Shown in pieces: positions 11,786-24,014 of a stretch of 64,000 nt of DNA (its first letter is position 1; the number at the start of each line of letters is the position of its first letter). The stretch is taken from the NCBI RefSeq assembly GCF_006345805.1, contig NC_043017.1:32984001-33048000 (forward strand), written 5' to 3'. The notes under the pieces are model-generated. The model saw nothing but the letters and a program-made list of their open reading frames with translations, made no database searches and had not been told where the DNA came from. The stretch comes from Octopus sinensis (lineage: Eukaryota). Made by a program: the position numbers and the translations under genes.

Positions 11786-12349
11786 TGGGGCAGTTAACAT
11801 GACTTTCATCTATCATTTTCATCTTTTTTCTCATCTTATCATACGATTATTTTTTTGATGTTTTGTGTCCCCAATGTGTTGTAGTGTCCGCTCTGTGTAA
11901 AACCGTATGGTGAATAAAAAATCATAGTTAACTCAGATTCCACAAGGAACTTGGTCATTGTGTTCTCACCTGATTCTTGTGTTTATATATTACTCTTAGA
12001 ATACATGTTCGACATAGGTTAATTTGTCCTTGTGCTTTGATGTTGACATCCACCAATCTATTTATCTGTTCAATTTTCCTTAACGTCTAATATAATGTAG
12101 AACACATACAACATGACAAATTTAACGAGAAAACCTGTTATATCTTCCATGTTGTCAATCGTCAAGTATCACCTACAGACGCACACAAATGTTCTTCAAC
12201 ATTGCCTAAATGCACGCACGTATAGTATATCCGTCATTCACTAATATTTTGTTTTCAGAAGATAAACACATTTAGTGACAGCAGAATTTGAACTCAGAGC
12301 AGAAGATGAAACTACATTTGCAGTTCATTTAGTTTTTGGTATCAGATAA

Positions 12350-12665
12350 GGCGGCGAGCTGGCAGAATCATTAGCGCGCCAGGCGAAATGCTTTGTGGTA
12401 TTTCGTCTGCCGCTACGTTCTGAGTTCAAATTCCGCCGAGGTCGACTTTGCCTTTCATCCTTTCGGGGTCGATTAAAGAAATACCAGTTACACACTGGGG
12501 TTGATATAATCGACTTAATCCGTTTGTCTGTCCTTGTTTGTCCTCTCTGTGTTTAGCCCCTTGGGGGTTGTAAAGAAATGGGTATTTCGTCTGCCGTTAC
12601 GTTCTGTGTTCAAATTCCGCCGAGGTCGACTTTGCCTTTCATCCTTTCGGGGTCGAGTTAAATAA
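12350..12665 (+). mobile_element. SINE family B
   Basis: Head, body and a partial second unit. Confidence 0.9.
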
Positions 12666-13075
12666 AAGACTGAAACAATAAAATATATTGTAGTGTATAT
12701 AAATATATATTAATTTGCATGGTCATTCTCATCCATGAATTACGAACTGATTAAAATTCAATGAATACAACAGAATTTGGAAGTGAATTTGATGTTAAGT
12801 ATTTACAATGACAATTCCTGTTATGTTTCGGTCTTATTAGACCTCCACAGTCAAGAAGATTTACATATAAGTATCAGATCCTAGCTTGATTTTGAGATGT
12901 TTTGTTGTGAAAACTGTCTCTCGCCAAAATGTCTGGTTTTGTTGCTATAGCGAAACCAAAGATCACACTAACTTCCCAAAACATGTCATCCTTTAATTTA
13001 TAAACAATTTAAATTTTGTTGTCTATTCCTTCGTCGTTATTGACAAGTATCGCTATTAAAAGTAATTCTTTTCTC

Positions 13076-13529
13076 GGATCTTTTCGGTTTGAACGGCAGT
13101 TTTTAACATAATTTCTAGGTAACTAAAAAATTTTAAACTTCGTATACTGGTAGAATGTGTTTATAAAACATCTTTTTCTCTTGGCTTTATTGAGAAAATT
13201 CTATAGTTTGTAAGATATTTGTTGTTTTTTACTTCAATTTCTGCAATTTCAACCAATCACTGACGTCCATTGAGGTAAACTGCATTCTGTGCCGTATGAA
13301 TATGTCCCTCGTTTAAGAAACAGATTGGGTTTATTTACATTTGTGAAGAAAAAAAGATACCATTCTTCCCACCCCTAACTAACCCCAACTAACCCTAACT
13401 AACCCCAACTAACCCTAACTAACCCTAAAATAGATTGAAATGCAATAGATCGATACTAGGGTCATAATAATGGGTGACAATTTCATATGACATCGCTAGA
13501 AAAAACAGCCGTTCATACCGAAAAGATCC
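13076..13529. mobile_element. MITE family D (about 29-bp TIR, GG..CC ends, 8-bp TSD; Merlin- or hAT-type)
   Basis: TIR GGATCTTTTCGGTTTGAACGGCAG with imperfect right copy CAGCCGTTCATACCGAAAAGATCC; TSD CTTTTCTC at 13068-13075 and 13530-13537; internal CCCTAA-type repeats. Confidence 0.9.
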
Positions 13530-13809
13530 CTTTTCTCTTCTCGTCACAAATATACTTAATTATATATTATAAATATACTTAATATATTTTGGCTCGTCAT
13601 TTTAAATATAGCTATCCACTTTTAACTATAAAGATTAATAAAAGAGAAGGTGTGATTAGAATTCTAAATTCCTGAGTAAAAAATTAAAATCTTCTTCACT
13701 GGATTAAATGAATCAGCTCAAAATTACTTGAAGCATTTTGCATTTAATTCGAAAGAGAACAAACACGACAGAATGATAAACTAAGAGAACAAGTATTATT
13801 GATCTCTTG

Positions 13810-13975
13810 GATGCAGCGAACTGGCAGAATCGTTAGTACACCGGACAAAATGCTTAGCGGCATTCTGTCAATATGTTCTGGGTTCAAATTTCCGCCGAGG
13901 TTAATTTTGCCTTTCATCCTTTTAGGGTGGATGAAATAAGTACGAGTTGAACACTGGGGTGGATGAAATCGACTT
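13810..13975 (+). mobile_element. Diverged SINE family B
   Basis: CTGGCAGAATCGTTAG...GCCTTTCATCCTTT. Confidence 0.75.
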
Positions 13976-14079
13976 ATGATTATTGGTCTGTACGAGACTC
14001 TAAAGTCCAATCACCAAAAGTATACCTACTTTGATATAGAAACAATAATAGGAGATTGACTGATTATATGTAACGATTA

Positions 14080-14249
14080 GGCGCAGGAGTGGCTGTGTGA
14101 TAAGTAGCTTGTTTACCAACCACATGGTTCCGGGTTCAGTCCCACTGCGTGGCACCTTGGGCAAGTGTCTTCTACTATAGCCTCAGGCCGACCAAAGCCT
14201 TGTGAGTGGATTTGGTAGACGGAAACTGAAAGAAGCCCGTCGTATATAC

Positions 14250-14310
<61 letters not shown>

Positions 14311-14528
14311 TGTGTGTGTTTGAGTGTCTGTGTTTGTCCCCCTAGCATTGCTTGACAACCGATGCCGGTGTGCTTATATTCCCGTTACTTAGAGGTTCGG
14401 CAAAAGAGACCGATAGAATAAGTACTGGGCTTACAAAAGAAAAAGTCACGGGGTCGAGTTGCTCGATTAAAGGCGGTGCTCCAGCATGGCCGCAGTCAAA
14501 TGACTGAAACAAGTAAAAGAGTAAAGAG
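14080..14528 (+). mobile_element. SINE family A, full length
   Basis: GGCGCAGGAGTGGCTGTGTGATAAG head (A-box-like), GGTTCAGTCCC (B-box-like), CACCTTGGGCAAGTGTC (CORE-like), central (TA)n/(TG)n and tail AAGTAAAAGAGTAAAGAG. Confidence 0.92.
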
Positions 14529-15072
14529 CATTATTAGGACTACTGATCAATGAACATTAGTAATTGAGAGAAAAATTCTTACGATACGTTTAATATACAA
14601 ATATCTAGCATACGTTTCAGAGGAAAAAATCAAGAAAATATTACAAAACAGTGGCAATTCTCAAAATAGAACAGTGTTCAAAAGAAAAAAAAATTCCTTG
14701 TTAGTTTCCATGTAAATTAATGCATCGTATGTTCCTTACTAGCATCATTAATTGAATTATATTGAATTATTCAGGTACAATCAGTACTTTATGTACCTTA
14801 CTCGGAGTATCACACTCACTTTCTCAATTTGCAAAGAACAAAACGTAAACCAATTTTAGATGTAACTTAGAATCATAAAGCAGGAATATAGTACTGAATA
14901 CTTAAAAATTATGAATCTGACTTTAAGTTTTTCGCTCTGTATCTAAAGAATTTCGAACATTATATATCAGTGCCTTTGTCGTGTTTATTGAATAAATTAG
15001 CTGTGCGAATGCAGTTACAAAGTTCAGAGTTAACTGGTCAGATAAATGAAATATAAGTTACGTATTCAGTAA

Positions 15073-15468
15073 GGCGGCGAGCTGGCAGAATCGTTAGCAC
15101 ACCGGGCGAAATGTGTAACCATAACCGTATTTCGTCGGCCGTTACGTTCTGAGTTCAAATTCTGCCGGGATCGATTAAATAAGTACAAGTTACGCACTGG
15201 GGTCGATATAAGCGACTTAATCCCTCTGTCTGTCCTTGTTTGTCCTTTTTGTGTTTAGCCCCTTGTGGGTAGTAAAGAAATAGGTATTTCGTCTGCCGCT
15301 ACGTTCTGAGTTCAAATTCCGCCGAGGTCGACTTTGCCTTTCATCCTTTCGGGGTCGATTAAATAAGTACCAGTTACGCACTGGGATCGATATAATAGAC
15401 TTAATCCCTCTGTCTGTCCTTGTTTGTCCCCTCTGTGTTTAGGGCCCCTTGTGGGTAGTATAGAAATA
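15073..15468 (+). mobile_element. SINE family B (head plus two units) with ~24-bp TSD
   Basis: GAAATATAAGTTACGTATTCAGTA at 15048-15071 and 15463-15486. Confidence 0.9.
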
Positions 15469-16282
15469 TAAGTTACGTATTCAGTATTTTATATATGCAA
15501 TGTTTCAAGCTGATTGGCGGTTAGATAATTATGTTTTCAGTGGTTCTCCTCATTTTAGCTCATTAATAATTCTCCATGATACTTCCTTTATATATTTGAC
15601 ATAACAATATTTTAACTTCATATTTAATACTCGTAGAAATGTTCTCTAGTTTTTGTTTACAGTATATATTACATTGCAGCCCCGTACACCAATAGATTTA
15701 ACATGTAATATCTTCATGAGTATTTTATTTCCATCAAATAAAATAAAAGATTCCGTCTACGTGATGTTATCAGAATTCTACCGCAAGCCGAATGTTGGGA
15801 ATCGTCGGTCTGCTGTGCATGGGGTTCATTACCCTGCATACAAGATAACACCATAGATATATTCTAGAAAGTGCAACCAGAGAATGCTTCTTCAGATTTT
15901 CTTTTCAGTTCGTTGATGCAAGATTGAAAATGCTGATAATCACCGAGTCTATACAGCATGTTCTGTACAGAACGATTTCGTTTGTTTCAGATATTTTAGC
16001 TGAGATTAAGAGATTAAGTGAGACATTTTATATATTTGTCTTCTACAATTTTCACAATTTGTTTAAATGTAATTACTGAATTAGCCAAACTATCGATAAC
16101 TATAATTAGTACAAGAATTAAAATTCATAGCAGACAATTTGATTTTCTACAAATAGTTTATTTCAGCTGAACACTTCAAGTAAAAATAAATCTTCCAGTT
16201 TTGAAAGAGTTTCGTACACATGATTTTGCTCGTATTTAACGTCTTTTAAGAATAGTGGATCTGTGGTATCCAGTATCTGTTA

Positions 16283-16515
16283 CCTATTTCTTTACTACCC
16301 ACAAAGGGCTAAACACAGAGAGGATAAGCAAGAACAGACAAACGGATTAAGTCGATTATATCGATCCCAGTGCATAACTCGTAATTATTTAATCGACCCC
16401 GAAAGGATGAAAGGCAAAGTCGACCTCGGCGGAATTTGAACACAGAACGTAGCGGCAGACGAAATACCACAAAGCATTTCGCCCGGCGTGCTAACGATTC
16501 TGCTAGATCGCCGCC
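16283..16515 (-). mobile_element. SINE family B
   Basis: Part of the inverted duplication with 12226-12590. Confidence 0.9.
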
Positions 16516-16611
16516 TTATCTGATACCAAAGACTAAATGAACTGCAAATGTAGTTTCATCTTCTGCTCTGAGTTCAAATTCTGCTGTCACAAAATGTGTT
16601 TATCTTCTGAA

Positions 16612-17003
16612 CGGAGGTGCAATGGCCCAGTGGTTAGGGCAGCGGACTCGCGGTTGTGGGATCGCGGTTTCGATTCCCAGACCGGGCGTTGTGAGTGTTT
16701 ATTGAGCGAAAACACCCCTAAAAAGCTCCACGAGGCTCAGGCAGGGGATGGTGGTGATCCCTGCTGTACTCTTTCACCACAACTTTCTCTCACTCTTACT
16801 TCCTGTTTCTGTTGTACCTGTATTTCAAAGGGCCAGCCTTGTCACACTCTGTGTCACGCTGAATATCCCCGAGAACTACGTTAAGGGTACACGTGTCTGT
16901 GGAGTGCTTAGCCACTTACACGTTAATTTCACGAGCAGGCTGTTCCGTTGATCGGATCAACCGGAACCCTCGTCGTCGTAACCGACGGAGTGCTTCCCAT
17001 TCA
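16612..17003 (+). mobile_element. SINE family C, tail type 1
   Basis: tRNA-like head TGGCCCAGTGG...GGTTTCGATTCCC; TSD TTATCTTCTGAA at 16600-16611 and 17004-17015. Confidence 0.9.
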
Positions 17004-17196
17004 TTATCTTCTGAAGACAAAATATTAGTGAATGACGGATATAATATTACACCTCTGAAAACTTGCGCCCGTTTTCAATTTTACTTTTATATTGTAAAAG
17101 GGGAACACTAATGGTATTTGTTATGAAGAGCCATTCACGGCATTACTGAAATCCAGAGTGACACGAGTTTGCTTATAGAGTAATCTGTCGCCATAT

Positions 17197-17385
17197 TGCG
17201 GTTCACCTATCGCGGTTCACCTATCGCGGTTCGCCTATCGCGGTTCGCCTATCACGGTTCGCCTATCACGGTTCACCTATCACGGTTCACCTATCGCGGT
17301 TCACCTATCGCGGTTCGCCTATCGCGGTTCACCTATCGCGGTTCGCCTATCGCGGTTCGCCTATCACGGTTCGCCTATCGCGGTT
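17197..17385. repeat. 14-bp minisatellite (CGCGGTTCACCTAT)n, about 13 copies
   Basis: Direct reading; variants CACGG/CGCGG and TTCAC/TTCGC. Confidence 0.95.
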
Positions 17386-17451
17386 TAATATTTAAGCTTG
17401 CGTCAATTCCTCCGTGGTGTTGTTTTGCATTTATAATAAAATAAATCTCAC

Positions 17452-17847
17452 TTTACTCTTTTACTTGTTTCAGTCCTTTAACTGTGGCCATGCTGGAGCA
17501 CCGCCCTTAGTCGAGCAAATCGACCCCAGGACTTATTCTTTGTAAGCCTAGTACTTATTCTATCAGTCTCTTTTGCCGAACCGCTAAGTTACGGGGACGT
17601 AAACACACCAGCATCGGTTGTCAAGCAATGCTAGGGGGACAAACATATACACACACACGCATATATATATATATACATATATACGACGGGCTTCTTTCAG
17701 TTTCCGTCTATCAAATCCACTTACAAGGCTCTGGTCGGCCGGACGCTATAGCAGAAGACACTTGCCCAAGATGCCACGCAGTGGGATTGAACTCGGAACC
17801 ATGTGGTTGGTTAACAAGCTACTTACCACACAGCCACTCCTGCGCCT
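17452..17847 (-). mobile_element. SINE family A
   Basis: Full-length colinear match. Confidence 0.9.
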
Positions 17848-18068
17848 AATGTATACAAATTATGAAAATAATTTTTAAAATATGCAGTACAGTACTGTCT
17901 CTACTTGGTGGATTGTCACCTATCGTGGGGTGTTTTGGAATGTAAGATCCGCGATAGTCGAGAGATTACTGTAACGCAGTTACAAGGTAAAAAATATAAC
18001 TTATTACATTTGAAGAACACTGATTTTCTGATTTATTCGTTCATATTTAGATACGCACGTATACACAT

Positions 18069-18396
18069 TTAAAAAGACTCCGCCGGTTACGACGACGAGG
18101 GTCCCAGCTGATACGATCAACGGAACAGCTTGCTCGTGAAATTAACGTGCAGATGGCTGAGCTTTCCACAGACACGTGTACCCTTAACGTAGTTCTCGGG
18201 GATAATCAGCGTGACACAGAGAGTGACAAGGCTGACCCTTTGAAATACAGGTACAACTCATTTTTGTCAGCTGAGTGGACTGGAGCAACGTGAAATAAAG
18301 TGTCTTGCTCAAGGACACAACGCGTCGCCGGGAATCGAACTCACAACCTTACGATCATGAGCCGAATGCCCTAACCACTAAGCCACGCGCCCTCAC
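18069..18396 (-). mobile_element. SINE with C-type-1 tail but a different tRNA head and core
   Basis: Tail matches 16800-17000; head (minus strand) GGCGCGTGGCTTAGTGG..GTTCGATTCCC..CCTTGAGCAAGACAC; TSD CGTATACACAT at 18058-18068 and 18397-18407. Confidence 0.85.
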
Positions 18397-19049
18397 CGTA
18401 TACACATACGCATGTGTGTATAGCTAGATTTCTCAAACTTTTTGCGTTCCAAATTACATTAAGATGATATATCTTGGTTCAAGGTTCTCCACAATAAGAT
18501 TAAATCCAGATTTACCTGGTTGCAAGACGAACTTAATCACACAGGTATACTTCTGCATATCTTAGAGGTCGTTATTAAAATAATCATAAAAAACTTTTAT
18601 CTCGTGTGAAATATTAAATTTATCGGAATTTTGATACCTAGATGAAAATTCAACTTAAAAATCCAGAACATAATTCAAAACCAAAAGAGACTTGTGCAAA
18701 AACGAACGAAAAATTCTACTCTCAAGAATAAGACAATTTTATTTTATCTTTCCAGATTTTTGCAAAAACATCAAGTAAACTTTCCTTATCATTTTGAGGA
18801 AATATTTTCCGGATTGCATTTTTGTTTTATGTCGATATAAAATCAATTTAAAGAATAATGTGAGGAAAATAACTCTGATAATAGAATTGAATTCTTGGAA
18901 AGAAATCCTGAAAATGTCTATTAGTAGTTAGAAGGAAACGGTGTACGCTTTATAATAATTTGACCTACTCTTTCACGAACTTGACACTTGAGGTTAATAA
19001 ATAACCAGAAATGTCACAATTTGTGATAGAATTGATTCTCTTTCTTCTA

Positions 19050-19065
19050 ATTATTATACTTATAC

Positions 19066-19105
<40 letters not shown>

Positions 19106-19108
19106 CAG

Positions 19109-19143
<35 letters not shown>

Positions 19144-19150
19144 TTATCAG

Positions 19151-19185
<35 letters not shown>

Positions 19186-19195
19186 TTATTATTTT
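19050..19195. repeat. (TAT)n microsatellite
   Basis: Direct reading. Confidence 0.95.
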
Positions 19196-19778
19196 TATTT
19201 TATTTTCGAGGGAAAATACTGTAACAAAAATTGTGGTTAAACCCTTTGACTGACAAAACGGTTGCTTAAAAAAAAGTAATCAATTATTGATCAGATGTTA
19301 ATAACCTTCGTTAATTATCCATATTAACATTGCACCATCAGTTAGTCTTCAGTTACTTATTTTCACAAACTGACCAAAAGGAATTCTCTAGCATATACTA
19401 AAATATTTGGAATTAAAAACGAGAGAAAATACTAAGTTGACCATAAGTTTCATATCGAAATTTTCCTGCATGGAATCGCTACCAAATTTTTCTTCATAAA
19501 TTGTTAATAATTTCTTTCATCCGTTGATATCTAAGAAGGCTTTCAAATAAATAAATAAATTACACCAGGGGAAAAACTAGCATTTCTTTTAGAAATGTGA
19601 GGACACATTCAAATTTGGTTATGAAATTCAGCTGTGGAATACAGGGAGGAATTTTCCTGCCCTTCATATGTTCATATAGAATCTCAGATGTTGTGATGGA
19701 AGTTTAAATGAAATACGATAAAGTAAAAAAAAAAAAAGTCAAGACGGTTTGTAAGTCAGAATTCTATGACAGAGATAT

Positions 19779-20180
19779 TACTCTTTACTTGTTTCAGTCA
19801 TTTGACTGCGGCCATGCTGGAGCACCCCCTTTTAGTCAAGCAAATCGACCCCGAGACTTATTCTCTGTAAGCCCAGTACTTATTCTATCGGTCTCTTTTG
19901 CCGAACCGCTAAGTGACGGGGACGTAAACACACCAGCATCGGTTGTCAAGCAATGCTAGGGGGACAAACACAGACACACAAACACATACACACACACATA
20001 TATATATACATATATACGACAGGCTTCTTTCAGTTTCCGTCTACCAAATCCACTCACAAGGCATTGGTCGGCCCGGGGCTATAGCAAAAGACACTTGCCC
20101 AAGATGCCACGCAGTGGGACTGAACCCGGAACCATGTGGCTGGTTAGCAAGCTACTTACCACACAGCCACTCCTGCACCT
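19779..20180 (-). mobile_element. SINE family A
   Basis: Full-length colinear match. Confidence 0.9.
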
Positions 20181-20847
20181 ATGATACATTTTACAAACAT
20201 TAAATAACGTAAATGAATCATTTGTTTAACCCATGCCAGCATGAAAAACGGACGATGATGTCTATGCTTACAAGAAGTACTCTCTAGTCGTTTGGTCAAA
20301 CGACTCTTAAGTGCATTTAAGAAGTTCGCTTTGCACCAACTGTTTTTTAAGTTTGATCCCATTGCACATCACATTTGGGGTTTGTCTTTTATTACAGCCT
20401 TAGGTTGACCAAAGCCATATGATTGATGTTTAGTAGATGGAAACTGGAAAATGCCTGGAAGTTCACCAGAGAGACTATTCTTTATTGTATCCTCTTAATT
20501 TTACACTTCCACCTGGTCCTTGGACTTCTTCATCGGATTTCACTTTGTGCTAAAGATTCAAGAAAGGCCTAAAGTCTACAGATGCCATCTTCTCTCCCAC
20601 GAGTTACAGAAATGGTCAAGGCAGCTTAGCATTTAAACCGGCCATATCCGGCCAAAAGTATTCTGCCTGTTTTATGTTCAAATTGACCAGATCTGGTCTC
20701 TCACACCAACCCTACAATATCGTTTTAAAAATCAACAGCTACTTCATCAAAATCTCATCGCTACAAGATAATGCATGATTAGTTCAGTGGATAAAAAAAA
20801 GCAATAATTTTGGCAGAATAATGCCAACACTAAAGGATTAAGTCATT

Positions 20848-20850
<3 letters not shown>

Positions 20851-20894
<44 letters not shown>
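20851..20894. repeat. (AG)n microsatellite
   Basis: Direct reading. Confidence 0.98.
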
Positions 20895-20898
<4 letters not shown>

Positions 20899-22371
20899 TG
20901 CCGGCTTATTTAATTATGATTTAACCGGTTGAAAATTCCCCCGCTATTTGTACACGGCTGTATATATCCCTTTGGATTACAAAAATAGTTCATCCAAAGG
21001 ACTTTCAAATAGTTCTTTCAACCCAGTTTTATCCACAAGGTTCTAGTCAGCCCAAGGCTGTGGGAGAACACACCTGCGCTAGATACTATCAAGTATGTTC
21101 GAACCTAGCACCCAATATTGCAAATCAAACACCTTAACTCTTCGACTGGTGCTGTACCCTATCACAATATCGAACTAAATGTTCTGACACAATTATACAA
21201 CTTAAAATATTATTGCTCTCGCTGACGTAGTCAACAGCAGAAAGGAATGGGAAAAATCCATGAAATCAATATAAGTATTAAAAAGTCAATATATAAGATA
21301 TGGTAATAATAACAATGATTCGGGAAATATATTTTCTCTCTCCCACATCCTGAGGCCTTTTATGCATTTTCCAGTAGGTCATATTTACAGTAACTTTCGT
21401 ATTTTAATAATAAACCACTTCTTTTGTTCATATTTTAAAAAGTTATTTCCCCCTTTATTTGCTTGCCCTTCCTTGCCGAACTTTATAAGCTATTGCATGT
21501 TATTTACAGAATATTTATGATAAGCTTAATAGGAATCAATAGCCTTGATATTTATTCATTTGAACTTAACTAGAAACTTATTTAACACAAATATTTGTCG
21601 ATGAAAAGATGTTTGAAGTGATAATCCCCTGCAAACTTTCCTAAATTCATTTTGACATGTTCAACTCATGCTACTAAGTAAAATCACAAAGGACGTTTTA
21701 AATGTTAATTATAGATTGAATATGTTGACGTCGGCGGAAAAGCGAGGGAAATTAATTCAAAGTTAAACTTCAATGTTTACAAGTATCTGGGGAGTTATTA
21801 ATGTTTGACGTCAATCGGGGATAAATAGTATTTCAATTTTATGGTAATGGAAAGGATTAAGATAAGATAAAATGTTAACACATCAAAGAGGACATTAAGC
21901 TAATAATGTGTTTGATAAAACCGATTATAATCAGAGAGAAATATGAAAAAAATATCACAGGGAAATGTAGTTTAACAGGAAGCAAAGGAAGAAATTTAGC
22001 AAAAGGAAAATTTCAAAGTACAATTTGACATTAGCGCATGAGTTGAGAATCTGCTGCGCACAGTCACCTTTACTTGCTTGACTTTTAATGTGTTTTTGAG
22101 AACTACGTTAGTATTCAAGAACAGAAATGAATTACTATGTAGGCAGCGGGAAGCTTGACTAAATAATTCAGATATTTTAAAGAGAGCTATGATTGTCAAC
22201 AAATAGAAACAAGTTTAAGGTAATATGTCTGAAGGTTGTGTTTTGTGTTATGTGAAATACTCCTACATGTAAAAGTCATTTTTAGCATTTAACTATTGCT
22301 GTTCGTATGGTGTGACTTGAGAGAAGTTTTGGCAGCGCTTCTGACAGAATGGGTGTGGGAGGAGAAGGGTG

Positions 22372-22776
22372 GGATCTTTTCGGTTTGAACGGCAGTTTTT
22401 AACATAATTTCTAGGTAATCAAAAAATTTTAAACTTCGTATACTGGTAGAATGTGTTTATAAAACATCTTTTTCTCTGGCCTTTATTGAGAAAATTCTAT
22501 AGTTTGTAAGATATTTGCTGTTTTTTTCTTCAATTTCTGCAATTTCAACCAATCACTGACGTCTATTGAGTTAAAAAGCATTATGTGCCGTATGAATATG
22601 TCCCTCGTTTAAGAAACAGATTGGGTTTATTTACATTTGTGAAGAAAAAAAGATGCCCTTCCCACCTAACCCTAAAAGAGATTGAAATGCAATAGATCGA
22701 TTCTAGGGTCATAATTATGGGTGACAATTTCATATGACACCGCTAGAAAAAACTGCCGTTCAAACCGAAAAGATCC
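22372..22776. mobile_element. MITE family D
   Basis: Clean TIRs; 8-bp TSD GAAGGGTG at 22364-22371 and 22777-22784. Confidence 0.92.
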
Positions 22777-24014
22777 GAAGGGTGCGCAAACAATGTCACA
22801 TAGTCTAGTATTTAAATTCTTCTGATATAGGTGGAGGTGATCAATATTAAAATCTAATTTGTAAGAATGTAACGAAAAATTTGAACTGTTTTATTTGAGC
22901 CTTCTAAGACTCTCTTTTTTTATAAAAGCTTCAGGTATTTCGTTATGAATTTTATATTTCCTCATAAACACCCTGTTGCACACAAAAGGATATGACCTGG
23001 TTTCAACTAACAACAGTGACACTGAGTAAAATATAATTGAATCTGGTCTGTTGTAGGAGACCCTACACAGTCACTCGACCTGCTAGAAATAGAAGGTCTA
23101 ATTTTCTCTTAGATCAGATGAAACCCTTTGCTGATTTAAATAGAATAAAACTCACTGATTCATGTCGGGATGATCACGGTCGGAACAGTTGAAATCAAAA
23201 GTCTGCAAGATCAGGGCTGATATGGTATTTAACAAAACCAAAAGTATAATACAATTTAGAATTCTTAGACATATTGGGCCGATTTATTTATGAAAGCATC
23301 CCAAAGAATCCAAGACTTTCATACTGTCTTAAACATTATTCAAATGTCTTCTGATATGCATAATAAATAATTAGCATTCCAGTTAATAGCAAAAATACTT
23401 TTATATTGACATTGCTCTTAGCTGACTAGCAAGTCAATTCGGCTGGTTTATTAAATATATTTTCATAACACACACACAATCATATTTTTATTTTATCGTT
23501 TGAAGAAAGCTATTTTAATTTTTTTTCAATTGTTATGTTAAAGATAAATATTTAACTCAACCATTCGATAATATAAAAAGAAACAAACAAAGACAACTCA
23601 AGCTGAGCGTAGTGTTTAATATCTAAAATGTTGAGACAACGTTATAATGATTATATTTATTGCTTTTCAGAAAATATTGGTTTTGAAGGAAATTTTCTTT
23701 TTTTAAGATATTTCCGCGTTTTCCGCATATATTAGTAGAAAAATTAAAAACATCAGCGACACATGCTTGTAGAATATGATCGAAATATTGTTCATTCATT
23801 TTCTGAATTATTGAAAAACTCGTGAAAACTTCAAGGGAAAGAAAACTTATTGCTAAATTAAAATAAGGGGAAAAAATACGAGCAAACTTTTAGACAGTTA
23901 AAGAGGTAATTTATCTATCTGTACATGTGGACTTGGACAATCGATATTCAGTTAAATTTTTCTTTTCCATATATCATTTACTACTTGATACATAGATACA
24001 TGCATGCATACGTA

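Larger units (their letters stand above)
17178..17971. mobile_element. Tc1/pogo (Tigger-like) MITE containing a 14-bp minisatellite and a SINE A insertion
   Basis: Left TA|GAGTAATCTGTCGCCATATTGCGG versus right CCGCGATAGTCGAGAGATTACTG|TA (imperfect TIR, TA flanks). Confidence 0.65.

Noticed and set aside
11261-11809. Minus-strand F/P/I-rich 182-aa ORF over the 24-bp repeat
   Set aside because: Antisense shadow of the purine-rich repeat with no processing motifs; splice and poly(A) signals favour the plus strand.
14080-14160. SINE heads as tRNA genes (also the B and C heads)
   Set aside because: A/B boxes are present but I could not fold a full cloverleaf, and each head continues into a SINE body.
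15800-15850. Signal-peptide-like MLGIVGLLCMGFITLHTR
   Set aside because: Immediately followed by a stop with no splice donor, and it lies downstream of the precursor candidate.
21806-21813. Perfect CRE palindrome TGACGTCA
   Set aside because: A single 8-mer is expected by chance in 64 kb and no linked promoter is evident.
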